Source of the DNA: Lingula anatina
Lineage: Eukaryota > Animalia > Brachiopoda
DNA: 64,000 nucleotides
Direction: 5' to 3'
NCBI GenBank assembly: GCA_051362555.1
Contig: CM120640.1
Location: 34,553,967-34,617,966, forward strand
Below the pieces are notes generated by a model that ran no database searches, had not been told where the DNA came from, and saw only the letters and a program-made list of their open reading frames with translations. The position numbers were made by a program, and so were the translations under genes. Within the stretch, counting starts at the first letter, position 1. Each line of letters begins with the position of its first letter. Below are positions 13,638 through 32,700 of this stretch, one piece after another.

Positions 13638-16600
13638 ATTTTTGTTTGAAAAACTGACTTGTCAAAAGGCAAGTGAAGTAATTTTGACCTACAGCAATAC
13701 TATCAGAAATTTTAAGTAAAGCAACCAAATTCAAGATCATGTATATGTGTATTCCATTCTTGACTCTGTTATATAATAAAATACAAACTAAAACACGTAC
13801 ATCTAACTTTTCTGTCACCAACCTGCATCTTACACAGACCTACAAATCATCTAAAACCACCCAAAGAAAAGAAGGAGAAATCTGGGGTTAGTTCTACCCA
13901 AAGCCTTACATATATATCCCTCTCCATTATCCAATCTATTTCACAGGTTGAGCCAGGGCAGGGTTGCCATAGCTGCTGTCCCACCAGTGGTACCCCAGGG
14001 ACCCCAAGTGGCTAGTGTAATCATATTTGCACATAGAATAAAAGCATGGGATGCTGCCACATCCTCCATAAATTGAATTCCAAACCAATGTTGTGAGATG
14101 GGTTTGCCTGCCCACAGTATTAGATGAGAACCTAATAGCAAAAGATTCAAGTGACATGTGTGGGGATGATACAGGCAAAGTTTGAACATTACCATCAGCA
14201 AGACATCGGCTCATCGAAATGTAGAGACTATTTTTAGTTCAAAAAAGTCAAATCCACAGAGACAGTCGTTTTAGCGTGATCCAAAAACGGAACAATCACA
14301 TTTGTATTATTTGAGAACAAAGGCTACCTAGATCAACCCAGATTGCTTACCAGATTTTCATAAGTAAAGAGACACAGTAATAATTGAGTGGTGACTAAGC
14401 TGATGATAAATCTACTGTGAATTAAAAATTAAAAAAAACCCGTGAGTGTGGGCATTCAAGTATTCCCCATTAGAGAAATCAATTTATATATCGAATTTGT
14501 AATATTGCACGTGTGAGTGATTTCAACAAATACACCAATTATGAATATGTATGACATAATAAATTATAGACATATCCAATGATATTAAATCTTTGCACAG
14601 TATATTCAACCTTATAAAAGAAGCAAATTTGCCCGTGTAAGGATAGGATCTAGATTTATTCCCACTGATAAGCAAGGAGTCCTGTCTGAACTCTTTTCTT
14701 CTTTGACACATAGGCTGGTTAAAATGCAATAGTCTATTACCTCTCAACACACAGGAAATGTTCCATTAAAATTCTACAATTTACAGGGACATGCAATTGG
14801 AAAACGCAGTCCCTGGGGGAGGGGGGTTTGGAAATCTCTCAGTATTTTGGGATGTGTTCAGACATACCTAAGATTAACGTGGGTTTTGTTTTGAAGGGTG
14901 TTTTATAGCAACCCTACCTGTTACAGAAAATGAGAAATGTACACCAATGGGTAAAGCAAAAATTCCCACAAAAAACATGCTATGTACATACCAACTGTAC
15001 TGCAACAGTGATTCTCTGTGTCTTCAAGGTCAATTGAGATTCAGTCCAACTGAGCCCTGTATGAACGCGCCCCAAGAACCAGCCAGACTGAGATGTATCA
15101 AGCACTGCCTGTATATTTCTAATATTGTGATCGATTGCATTTGGATAGAGGACTACATCTATGATGAAATACATGCCATTCTAAGGAATGGTATTGCCAG
15201 TCTAACTGACAAATAAAAACATTGGAACAATTCTATTTCATCAGTAATCGCTAAAATAATGGTGGTTGCTCTGTTCCTAAAGGCAGAATCTCTTCCTAAC
15301 AAAATATAAACCACAGAAGAGAATATTTGGCTTTCTTTGTTGTAAATATAAAATCATCTTCACTGTATTTCTTTTAAATTCCACTGACACCACTGGAATA
15401 AGCTAACCAGTACTGCTTTGACATACATGTCAACAAGGCCCATTCCCATAGACACCACTGAATTACATAGATCTATCCATCTCTGCAAGAACTCTTGCTG
15501 AGTACAATCCTGGCCTTAGTAGAATACAGAAAAGCTGTTGATTATAAGATTACGTTGGAAACAATAAGACACATGCTATTCAGTTAAGCTGATTGCACTC
15601 AGCGAGAGTTTCCACAGAGTTGGATCAATCTACATAGACTGATGGTGCTGATGAGAATGGGATATATAACGGACCAACTACTTGGACCTTTCCGACACTT
15701 TCCAGAAACCAACTTATTATAACTATGATTTATACTTTTGTCTTATGTGGTGATATAATTTTGAATGAGTAATGAACTGCATGGCTATCAGTTTAACGAA
15801 ACAATTGCATGACAAATGTTGCCACAGCACAAGATGACTGCAGCACATGAAATGTGCCCATAAACAAACGAAAATTTGTTGCTACAGACAGAGAACTTGT
15901 TGAGACTAATGAAAGGCATCATTTTCCCTATATCAAACGGTCTTAATACCTCATATTTCCTTAGACTGTAAAGCCAAACCAATACTTCAAGGCTATTTCT
16001 GGCCAACAGGGTGTGTGTAAAATCAATCGACTGACTACTAGTAAGTAATGCAGGCCTATGAATATAAAAGAATTCATCCTAAGAAGATTTTTGAATCTAG
16101 TAATTGCATGTGCTAATTTTAAGCATTAAATCAATTAAGATTCATTTGAAATAAATGCATTTACTATATCCGCAGAACAAAATTAAAGAAAAGCACTTTC
16201 CAGAATATGCAAATTTTCCACCATTTTCACTTTTCTTTGTAAATCAACTGAGAAAAAAATATTGATAAAGACATGAATACCCAGACCATTTCAGTTTGCA
16301 ATTCTGTACATAACATAAAAAGAATCACATAGAAAATACACCATATCCAGCATACTTCACTATTATTAAAATGGAAAGGGACACAGAAGAAACACAATAG
16401 CCAAACTATTTCACAACATTCTCTTTCCTTTACTTGTAACACACATTGTGAAGGAGGAGCATAGCAAAGATACATACTGTGTATTTTGTTTTCTTTAAAT
16501 TCCAGTCAACTTGCCACATGCATTCCCTTTTGTACTGCTTTGTATTATTTTACCAACAGCAAATTATGAAAATTGAATATTTCCTTTGGATGAGCTAAAT

Positions 16601-17540
16601 ACCACAGATCAACAACTTGGTTTTCAATTATCACTCACTTATAAAATCAGATTCACACAATAGTAGTGTCAGGTATCACTACTTCAGTTTATTAAGCATC
16701 GTCGTTCTCATGTATACAGCACCACGTAAGATCTGCATGTGCACATTCACGTAAAACTGATAAAAGCCAGCGATATCAGTACGGAGACAAATATCACCTA
16801 CATGAAAAAACTCACGTATGGTTCTAGATTAAGACATCTGCAGGTGTTTCAAACATAAAACTTTCGGAAATGACATAAGATGTCTTTCTTTTTTTTTCTT
16901 TTATCATTCAGAGTTACCCACGTATTCAGATCATCAATAACTGTAGAATTACAATACTGAGACACTCATCCAACAGAGACCTCTATTAAATATCCTGACA
17001 GTCTGTGAGGGGCTTAAGGCAATATCAGGTTTAGCAACTGCTAGTATGCATCCTATCAAGGGCATAAAACACAATGTAATTAATGTCACATATCACAGGC
17101 TGGTTTTAATGCAAACTCCATGTGCGTCATAATACAATGGCATATGGGAAGTTAAAGCAATTTGCAGTTAAATGTTGCCAATTAAATGGATTAGCTTTCC
17201 TGAGCTATCTTAGGCTGGACTAATTATAAAACTGTATTATGTTATGAAGAATCAATGTATAGATTTTTTGCTCTCCCTAAGAAACACCTGCTACAGTGAG
17301 TGGAATGGTCCACATTCTGAGATCATAGTTCAATGGTATGGCCTTGTTTGTATTGAAGATACATCAGGTTATGTCCATAAGTAATAACCATTTATAGGGC
17401 CACCCTGGTGAGATTATAACACAGATGTGCTTGATAATGATTTTAATGGAATCAGTGTTATAATCGCAGCAGAGCATATAGCACAAATGGAAAAGTAACA
17501 CGACACGTACTGGTTGGGGAACAAAATGTTTACGACATAC

Positions 17541-17780
17541 CTGCGGGGTGTTAGATTGCAGTTGCTTCTGGTATGCGTCCCTTTCCCTTTCAACCTCTCT
17601 CAACTTCCCCTGCGCCATCGAAAGCTGGTCTTGGTTTTCTCGTAAAGTCTCCATTAGCTTGTCTCTCTCGTCCAACATGTTCACCATCAATTGCTCAAAG
17701 TTTGCGTCTTCCCCAGAATACTGGGAGTCACGCTCCGAGGACCCGTCTTCGGCTATAGTAGGCATCACGTCGCACATCAT
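17541..17780 (-). CDS. PPFIA: Liprin-alpha (PTPRF-interacting protein), first coding exon; the rest of the gene lies beyond the left window edge
   Basis: MMCDVMPTIAED...DANFEQLMVNMLDERDKLMETLRE...LQSNTPQ is the liprin-alpha N-terminus. The 240-nt exon ends at a phase-0 donor CAG|GTATGT. No second coding exon was recognised in 1..17540. A probable 5'UTR intron lies at 17801..17919 (GTAAAA...TTTTCAG). Confidence 0.95.
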
Positions 17781-17919
17781 TCTGCGTTAACAAGATCCCA
17801 CTGAAAACTTGATAATAAAATACCGGGTGAGCTGACAGAAAACTGACACAACACTCCGAGATGGTAAAAATGGATCAATGGATCATTACAGACGCATGCC
17901 GAAAAGAGCCGATTTTTAC

Positions 17920-18256
17920 CTCTTGATTACACTTTAAGTAACATTCTTGTAGCTGAAATCAAATCCCTCGCATTTGCTGTATATTTCGTGAATAATCCAC
18001 GTTCCCAGAGGTATACCATATGGAGAAAATACAACCAAAAAATTCCCCTTTAAGCCGACTCCGGCCTCCTACTTGGAAGCCATTTTCCTCTCAATGGGAA
18101 AAGAGGTCACTCCCATCGTTCTTTGCCGGGAGAATGCGCGTGCGTGAATTGATACCGGAAATGGCCGACAGCTTGGGTAGGTGTGAGCACAAACCGCTTT
18201 CCCCATATTTTCCCAAAAATGATGTTATTTAGTCGTTTGTCTCATTGGTCAGGTCG
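17920..18256. promoter_or_regulatory. Probable bidirectional promoter, liprin-alpha / TMEM183
   Basis: Divergent start codons are ~480 bp apart. The stretch is CpG-rich relative to its flanks and has CCGGAA (ETS-like) next to AAATGGC (YY1-like) at ~18155-18165. Confidence 0.6.
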
Positions 18257-19078
18257 ATGCCGCGATCGGCAAGAAAGCCTAGGTCGCCTAGGAGGCACTG
18301 TGGCAGCACTCAGACTGGTGAGTTTACTTTTCATTCATCGCTGATCGTGCAAGACGGTGCGTGTTGACAACTTGTTGAATGTGGCCTTGTTATGCAACGC
18401 TACTACTGCTAGTACTACAAGTAGTGGTGCTGTGAAAGAATGTCTCATGAAATCGATACTTGTTTTTTTTTTCAGAGAAATGTGCCTTCTGCCGATTTGA
18501 GTATTTTACGAATTGCACGCCACGGGGGGAAATGCAATTTTTTTTAATAAATTATTGTTGAAAATTTTTTCTTTAAATTTATTTCATTTTATCATTTTGA
18601 TTATGGTGAATTTTAGAAGACCATTTTCCATATTTGCTTAATCATAAATGGGTGTTTACCTAACAATATTTCACCAAAAAAATGGGTCCACAGTTAAATG
18701 CCTCCTTGTTTCATATTGTTTGTATGCTTTTGATAAGATAAGGGTTTATTCAGCCATTAATATATTAATATACAAATAATGGTAATTGGATTGCTATTCT
18801 GGTAAAATGTATTAAGTTTTCTAGGTTGCTTTAAATATTAGATAAATATTTATAGGAATATACCATTATCGGCATATAACTACTATTTTATCGAACTGTT
18901 AATATATACTTTTTGTTGAAAGCTTTGAATGGCATGATCTTTTCTCATTTTCAGATGTGACAGTGTATGATTATGCCAACAGTGACAGGCAGCCAGTGGC
19001 TGCGTCTGGAAGAATGAAGAAGGCAGCTGTGAACGCTGTGAACCATGAAGGTCAGTGTCTTACATAGCCTAGTATAAC

Positions 19079-19113
<35 letters not shown>

Positions 19114-21536
19114 TGTTACGGGTCAGAGTACCCAATGCCAGCAAAAATCAATGACAAAAGATTTAAAGAAGTTTTAATATTTTATTAAAACTAAATAAAC
19201 TTATGACAATAACAATAAGCTATTCTTAATACACAAATAAACCTATCTGAAAGCATGAAGTGTCCTGTGTGAAAGTCCAATGTGAATCCGTCGACTGGAG
19301 AGTGAATGGAGATAAATCGGCTCAAAGTTCAGTGAAAGTGTCCGATGAAATCCCACAGTAATTACAATGCACGTTCCAGTAGAAAATATGAGTGTCGGTT
19401 CAGTGGTAGATAGGTTCCAAAAAAAAAAAATTCTCCTTCAAAAGTCCCAAGACAAAACTCAGTCTCCTATCTGTTCATACTCCCAGCGTCTGTCTAAACT
19501 AATGCTCTCGAGATACTCATGCTCTCGCGATATGGTGACGTCATAAGCTGACCTACTTATACACAACAATATATATATATATATATATAAGGATGTCTTG
19601 CAATGTTGTTCATGTATAATTATCATTATTTATAATAGAATAATATCTAACCAAGTATAAAACATGTTTTTTTTTAGTGAAAGAAATGTGTGGTCCAACC
19701 CCAGAATCGCAGGCTCTGACATGGTTTGAGAAGAACCTCTCAGATTTTGATTCTGACAGTGAAACTGAAGAAAATGCTGTGAATTCAGAAGATGAAGGTT
19801 TGTAAAGTTCCTGATACATGTTATTGGTATAAAAATCTCTCTCTTCTCTTTGAAGAAATGGGATGGATTTTAACACAGATTTATAGATTTAATTTTTTTT
19901 AAGAAAGGCAAATGTCTGCATTTTAAAAGTGATTATTATAATCTTCTATCAGGACTCGTAAGAAAAACATACTGGGACATTTCACCAAGAGAAAATCAAC
20001 TTTATAGTGAAATCTTGTGAATGATATATATGTTTTTATTGAATTATTGTGTGAGGCCTTAAGCATGTATTACATCCAGACAAAAAAGATAATTCATCCA
20101 TTAACCTTATTTTAAAACTCTTGTGGATATACTAAGTAAGTAGATTTATCAACAACAGTGTTTGCATCTGTTGAGTTTTTGTTTACTACTTTCTTAAATG
20201 AAAAGACATTTCAATGAATACTTTACTAGTGGATGATGAACATCTGTAGAGTATGGGCATAATTTTTATCTGTCCGGGATCCTGTTGTGGGTCATTAGTT
20301 TCTCACTTTATAGAGAAACAAGGAAATGCATCCCACTTCTGGCATGACAGACAAACCTAACTGAATGATCTGTTCTGTTCTGTTCATTGTTACAGACATT
20401 GCAGAAATTTTGCATAACTTGTCCATGAAAAAGAAGACAAAACTTCCCAAAAGTGAGACGAAAATGTGCAGAGAAGGATTTTCCTATCCCGTAGAAGTCT
20501 GGTGGATGGTGTCAGACTTTGTCCAGCCAGAGGATGTTGGGATATTTGCTGCAATCTGTAGAACTACACATCTGATAACACACACTGCTAGGTTCTGGAT
20601 CAAATTATACCACAGGTAGATTTTCATGTTACAATATTCACTGCTAATATAGCTTAAAGAAAGGCACCATTCAGTCTCTGTTGATCACTTATGCTTTCCC
20701 ATGATAATAGTTTTCAAGGGTATACTTTTAAGTAACAGTTATAACACAAGCGAGGAAGGTACATTAATATCTAAAAAAAACTATTTACAATTTTGGCAGG
20801 CCTTCTGAAAAACTTGAAACTTACTTACTTGTTTCCAAGTTTCTCATCAAATTTGTTTGTGAATGAAAAATTTTAAACTGTTGGTTCATTATATATAGAG
20901 CTCTCCTAAAATCTTGCCATTTTGTATTTCAGATATTATAACATTAACATCCCAGTGCCAGATGATCTTAAACCAACCTGTATGGAGAGACACCATGGAA
21001 TCAAGGCAAGAGTTATCCAAGCTCTCTTTCATCTGCACAAACCTTTTATTGAGCGGACCAAAGTCAGTGTGCCATTTGAGGTGGATTTATACAGCGTTGA
21101 GGCTATGAAGTGCCAACTGATGTGGTATGAAACTGTGAAAAACAAGTGGCATTTTTCTTTTAAATTTGAAAAACGTTCAAAGACGACTTGTCCACTGACT
21201 AATACAATGTCAAAATCCAAACGCCAGGATTTATTCCATGGTTACAATGATGTGGACTTCAATCCGGACAGAGATTGTGCCATACTGCAAGTTTGGTGCT
21301 TGAATTTTATCTCTATTCCCAGTGTCATGGGTTTGCTGCTTAAAAAGGCCTATCTAAATGTGAGTCAGAATATGCTTAATCATAAACTCAAACTGCACTT
21401 TGGGCCACATCAGACTGTGAATTCCAATGTGATAAGCAGCAGCGATGTGCTGGTGACTTTGGACCCTGTGGTGAATATTAAAGTTCTCAGGTGGTGGGAC
21501 ACATTGTATCCCAGATCTATACACATGAGCAGTTGA
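18257..21536 (+). CDS. TMEM183: Transmembrane protein 183, 5 exons, ~366 aa
   Basis: Exons 18257-18317, 18955-19050, 19678-19797, 20396-20615 and 20933-21536 join in frame with GT-AG introns. Family motifs: DVTVYDYANSD...SGRMKKA, YPVEVWWMVSDFVQPEDVGIFAAICR...FWIKLY, and C-terminal LDPVVNIKVLRWWDTLYP. Confidence 0.93.
19114..19568 (-). mobile_element. Solo LTR (455 bp) in TMEM183 intron 2, inserted in a (TA)n tract
   Basis: Termini TGTT...AACA, flanked on both sides by ATAT. An AATAAA lies on the minus strand ~70 nt before the minus-strand end. Confidence 0.65.
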
Positions 21537-23086
21537 CATCTGGTTCAGTAGTGAACACAGAGGGAGGTTTGGGAAGGGGGGAGGGGCTTGGGGTTGTGGA
21601 ATGAAAATTGACAATGTTGTGCAATTATCCCAGAAAACTTCGAGAAGCAAAGTTAAAAAAACATAATTCTGAAAAAAAAACATCTGAAAAAAAAATCACA
21701 TCCCTTTAGAATAAAAAAATCAACATCTTCACTGCAGATCCAATATAATACAAGTTGCTTTCCTCGTACTTATAGATGGTTGTGACATTTAAAGGACATG
21801 CGGCAATTATAAAGGACTTGTTGCAGTTTGTGTTTAGAAGCTGGATATTCTCATTTAGCAATGGCATGTTTTATATATTTATTTTATTAAGTTATTTAAG
21901 AATGAGAACAGTGCCCACATGTACCAGTGCTTTCAGTGAAAAACTTTAGGGAAGTCTGAGATTTCCAAATAAAGAGCTGTGTAGAAAAAGGCCGATTTTG
22001 TTTTTGGAGAGGTACAATTTTTTCTTCTATATATTAAAAACATTACAAGTTACTTTTACAGAACAGAAACATTCTCAGTATCTTATGATATCAAAGCAAA
22101 AATTTATTGATCACATCTTGAGAGTTCAATCTTTTCTTCAGACACTAAAAATGATAAAAAACAAGGTAGCTTTCAACAAATAAGTGTTCATAGTCCTAAA
22201 TGTGAATATTCAACGCCATTTGCCTGCAACCAACCATTTCTTTGCATAATATTTTGATGACCATAAGATAACACAAAGTTGCAAAATAAATGGTTTAAAA
22301 CTTCATAAAGAGCACCAGTTTTATTACATATCAATTGATGTTAATATTCCTAAAAACACTTATTCACATTTCTTATAATTGTTATTTACATAAACAAAAC
22401 GTCACTTTACAGAAACTAACACATTAAATTTGTTCTAAATGCACTTAATTAGCATTTTTGAAGTATTTTCTTTTGACACATACATAAGGAAGCTGCTAGT
22501 AACAAATCTCACAACTGTGCTTTTCATTTTATACCCTTCACCCCTTTCAAAACAAACCTCGGAACAAATGACAAAAACAATCATTGGAAAAGGATATCAA
22601 TCCAGTTAAATGCACATTAATATTGTTAAACAATGGAAGGGCTAAATTTCCCTAGGATTAAGTTTTTGAAAAATTCCCTGCTCGTGAGTCTCAACACTTT
22701 GAACAGCAGTTTAACTTGATGCATATTTGATGGACTCCATGTCCAAGTGACCCTTGCATCTGATAAGTCTTATAGCCATCTCCATTACATGGAGCATAGT
22801 ATTAAGCTGGATGAAAATTTTTTTCATCAAAAAAAAAAAAAAAAAAAAAAAATCCTAAAACCTAATATAAAAATGCATAACTTTGCTATAGTATGGCAAT
22901 GAGGTATTGCAACATTTTGGATACAGTTCTGATTTTTAATTAATTTCTAATGTTAAAATTCAATGTTAGCTGAATAAATCATACTTATTGTGTCAAACGT
23001 GGTACGTTTTCATCATCACCACATGGAGAAATTTCATTAAAAGCTGGGGTTTAAAAGCCAAAACAAAAGAACAAGCTGTTTCATTT

Positions 23087-28928
<5,842 letters not shown>

Positions 28929-29671
28929 ATGAGTCTGGATTCTATGCGATCAGTAGACGAAGAAGTATCCCCTCTTCTTGCGTCCCCAGTAGAGGATTTA
29001 GAAGGAGAAAATGCACCGTAAGTGACAAAGCCTCTCTGGTTTGGCGATCTGACCATTGTTGCCGCCCCGCTATTCTGTTGACTTGTGTGCTAGCTAGTAC
29101 TGCTAACTAGTCTTTTGACGTATTGTTGAATGTAGTCGAATAAAGTCTTATTGTGTCTCAGGAAAATTGATTGGATATAGATAATCTGAACTGATAGTGA
29201 TGGATTTACTGATATAATATACCGGTGGCAATTAACGCCGTTGATTGATATTATGGCGATTATGATATCATTATGTATCTGCATGATAAAAATAAACATG
29301 TGGTAACACCAGATAATCAGCCCTTACCACTCCTATTGATTCTTTTTATATTCCAATTATGAGGAAGGTTAAATGAGGTGAATCAAAAGTCGGTATCATT
29401 TACATATTTTCATTATATTATTTTCGAGTAAATTCTGTAATCATCATTATTATTATTATCTTGCATACACTCCTAAACAAGATATATTTCACTTTCATCC
29501 CTTATCTTTCACCAGTGTGTGTTGAACCCTGTCTATAAGTCTTAAAAAATGTCTCCACTTATTACAATATAGCCTGATTTAAAGGCTTTACTTCTCAAAG
29601 CCTCATATCTGCCAATCCAACCATTTCTTACTGAACATTTCAAAGGTACTGCTTTAACTGTATCAGATCTC

Positions 29672-29720
<49 letters not shown>

Positions 29721-32700
29721 GACACTTTTATGTGGTATATACCGGGTCAAGGCTTTTTGACAATATCACATATCTCATAAACCTTATAATGACCAGTGTA
29801 TAAACCATTTGGCCATTTTAAGCTTGCTCTTTGATATGCAGCCTAGATAGAAGATATTCAGACTGATAAAAGCAAATGTAGTACAGATATTATTATGTTC
29901 GATCCTTACATTGTTTTACTACCATTTGAAGATTTATTCCAAGTTCAGTGAGCGCTTGCAAATAGAGAGGTTTAATGTACAATATATGATTAGATGTTAT
30001 ATTGCTTTTTAGTGTAAACTTTCATGAGTTGCCTAGAATTTCAAAAACTTTAGAAAAAATCACCTTCCATCCTTTCTCCTTTGGTGTCAGCATGCCAGTG
30101 TCAGGCATGGTGTCAGAGATGTAAACATCCTCTGTTTATTTCAAAACAAACGTGAGGGCTCTGGGGCTGTTCATCTGTCTGTACCAATGAATTTAATGTA
30201 TCAGCTGACCATGAATCTGTGCAGATATGTTATTGTCCTAAATATTCCTAACCTTTATTGTAACCTCGTGATAAAGTCACAGTTAAAGCCAAATCAGATA
30301 AAAGGTGGACTTCGGCTTTATCAGTTATAATTAAAACTCACTTTCGCATATAACACAGACTCTGCCATTATGCAGATCTGGAATTAAACGCATAGTTGTT
30401 CACTGCATCAGTGTAGTAATGTGGTAGGAATTATGTCGAGTAAAAGTGAGGATAGTGTACCACTTATGTCTAAAACAAGTATTCGTGGCACTGTAGCTAC
30501 TAGTAAAAGGTAGGACAAAGTAAGGCAATACAACCTGTTTATAAAAAAATTATTGTTTTGGGTAAATTTTTTCTGGTTTTGTAAACTGGATTTGTAAAGC
30601 AGATCTTATGCTATTTCAGCCAAGTAGCATACACTGATAACCTGCACTCTAGGACCACATTCAGATTCACACATCGTTAATAAAGCTGATTCCAATGACT
30701 TCAGTGAGAATTCCCCACAAGGTTGGACCAGCCCAGCTATTATGATGTGTGAATCTAGAATGTGCCCCAGTAAATGTTTGTTTATCATAATTAATCAGTT
30801 GTTCATTTCAGTCTGCGAAATAAGCGGTTGTCCGATTGCCCGGGACAACTAAAAAATATGTCGGGCAACTTAAAATTACGAAGTTGTTGTCCGGTCGGGC
30901 AACTGAATAATTTATGGACATAAAGAGTAAACCTTTGCCAAAATCTATACAGAAAACAAACTTTTAGGTTAACCTAAATCGTTATGTTTTCCACAAGATT
31001 CACTGTCGCAGTAACCGACCTGCCGACTTCGCCTTGTTTGTGCAGAATCTCCGTTACTATTATTAGATCTACAGTTATTTATAGCTCTGCCAGTAGCTGG
31101 TCGTTTAGACAGGAAGATGATGTAATGCCTGGGGAGTGGGGAGGGGGGGGGGGGGTGTCATGTTTGCCGCTTTTTCATTGGTCGAAATGAAACAATGGCG
31201 GACATTACTTCAAAATTATTGCGCTTCTATCTACCGCGTGTTTCTCTATCCAACTTTCGTCATGGAGAAGTTTCTGAAATAATTTGACGGTGCAAACCCC
31301 GGATAAAGGTTACCCTTACAAACAGCTGAGCCAGAAATGTCAAAGAAAAAGAAGTTATACGAAATTAAAAAGATACACGCCGAAGAGAATTTCTACCGTC
31401 ACGGCAATCCGGGCACACTTGGCTTGTTTTTAACAACATAGCTCAGCGTGCAAAGCATGCTGTCAAGGAGATTCTTCACCTTTCGTTCAAGGCAAAAGCT
31501 CACTACAGTAAGATGACATTAAGAAGCACAAGTCCTCAGAGCCGCACGTCAAAGCGACGGCGCGAGTGCTGGCGGTTCCTGCTAATCAAAATGTCGCAGC
31601 GGACTGCTTGCATCGGCTGCAGAAGGCAGAATCTGAACGTCTAGGAGTTTTAATGAGAACATGTAAGTTTCAATTTTTTATTTTTTTAAATTTGTACTTG
31701 TTCTTGTTTTCTACTTTTAAGTATTTTAACTTCTTTTTAATAAAAGATAAAAGTGAAATTCTGATGACGATTGATTTGCTTTTAGACAAGCACTTTTTCT
31801 GGAAAGAGAAGAATTAGTCTTCCAATTTTTTTTCATTTTTATGGTACTGTATGATATTTTGTATTGAATGATTTACTTGTCTTTTCTAGCAGGAGGTAGT
31901 TACAGATTCTTTGGTTACTTCAATGGGGAATGATGAAGATGAATTTGATGAAGTAGATGAGATCTATGAAGATGGAAGAAAACACATTGTTTTTATTTTT
32001 TTGTCCTTCAGAGACTAGTCTGAACCAGACATTCTATTATGTTTAATAAAGTGACATTACTTTTTTTATACAGACACTCTATATTCTGATCACCCTGTCT
32101 GTCCATGCTGTCCAACATGTCTTGTACTTCCAATATCATTATTACAATGGTGAAGATGAATGTGATGAAGTAAATGAGATGGAGATGGCAGAAAATGCAG
32201 CATTTTCATTGTTAATTATGATAATTGTATATATAATAAATTAATGTGTCCACATTTCAAACTAAGTTAATAGACTAAGAGGCAGAGAAATGGAGAATGC
32301 TATTACACTTTGCTAGCAGTAAATATATTGAAAAATATTTCTCATTTATGATTTTGGCTTGTCTTCAAATCTTGACCTGGAATGCCTTCTTTTACTAGAA
32401 AATATTCTAGTATTTGTACAATATGTATGATGATGCATAGTTGTTCTTAAAATACTTGTTTGTGGGAAGGAAGATGTAACCAAATGCTGCATTGTTGCTG
32501 TTGAGGTTCTTTAACATTAAACTGCTCATCATCTGTTTATTTGTATAAATTAATGTTTAAAGCTACACAGCGCATGTTAGCCTTCACCCCGCTGAAATAA
32601 AAAGGGATCTAGGAAGTTTTGTGTTCGTTTTCTTCGATTTATTTGGGCAACCAAAAGTGGATGGGGGCAACCAAAAAATTTTAAATGGTTGTCCGATGGG

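Noticed and set aside
1-17300. Many 60-117 aa ORFs in the ORF track
   Set aside because: No recognisable domains and mostly non-ATG starts in AT-rich DNA; interpreted as chance ORFs in the long liprin-alpha intron.
17548-17790. Plus-strand ORFs over the liprin exon (also antisense ORFs over TMEM183, PGM1 and SLC38A9 exons)
   Set aside because: Antisense shadows of real coding exons.
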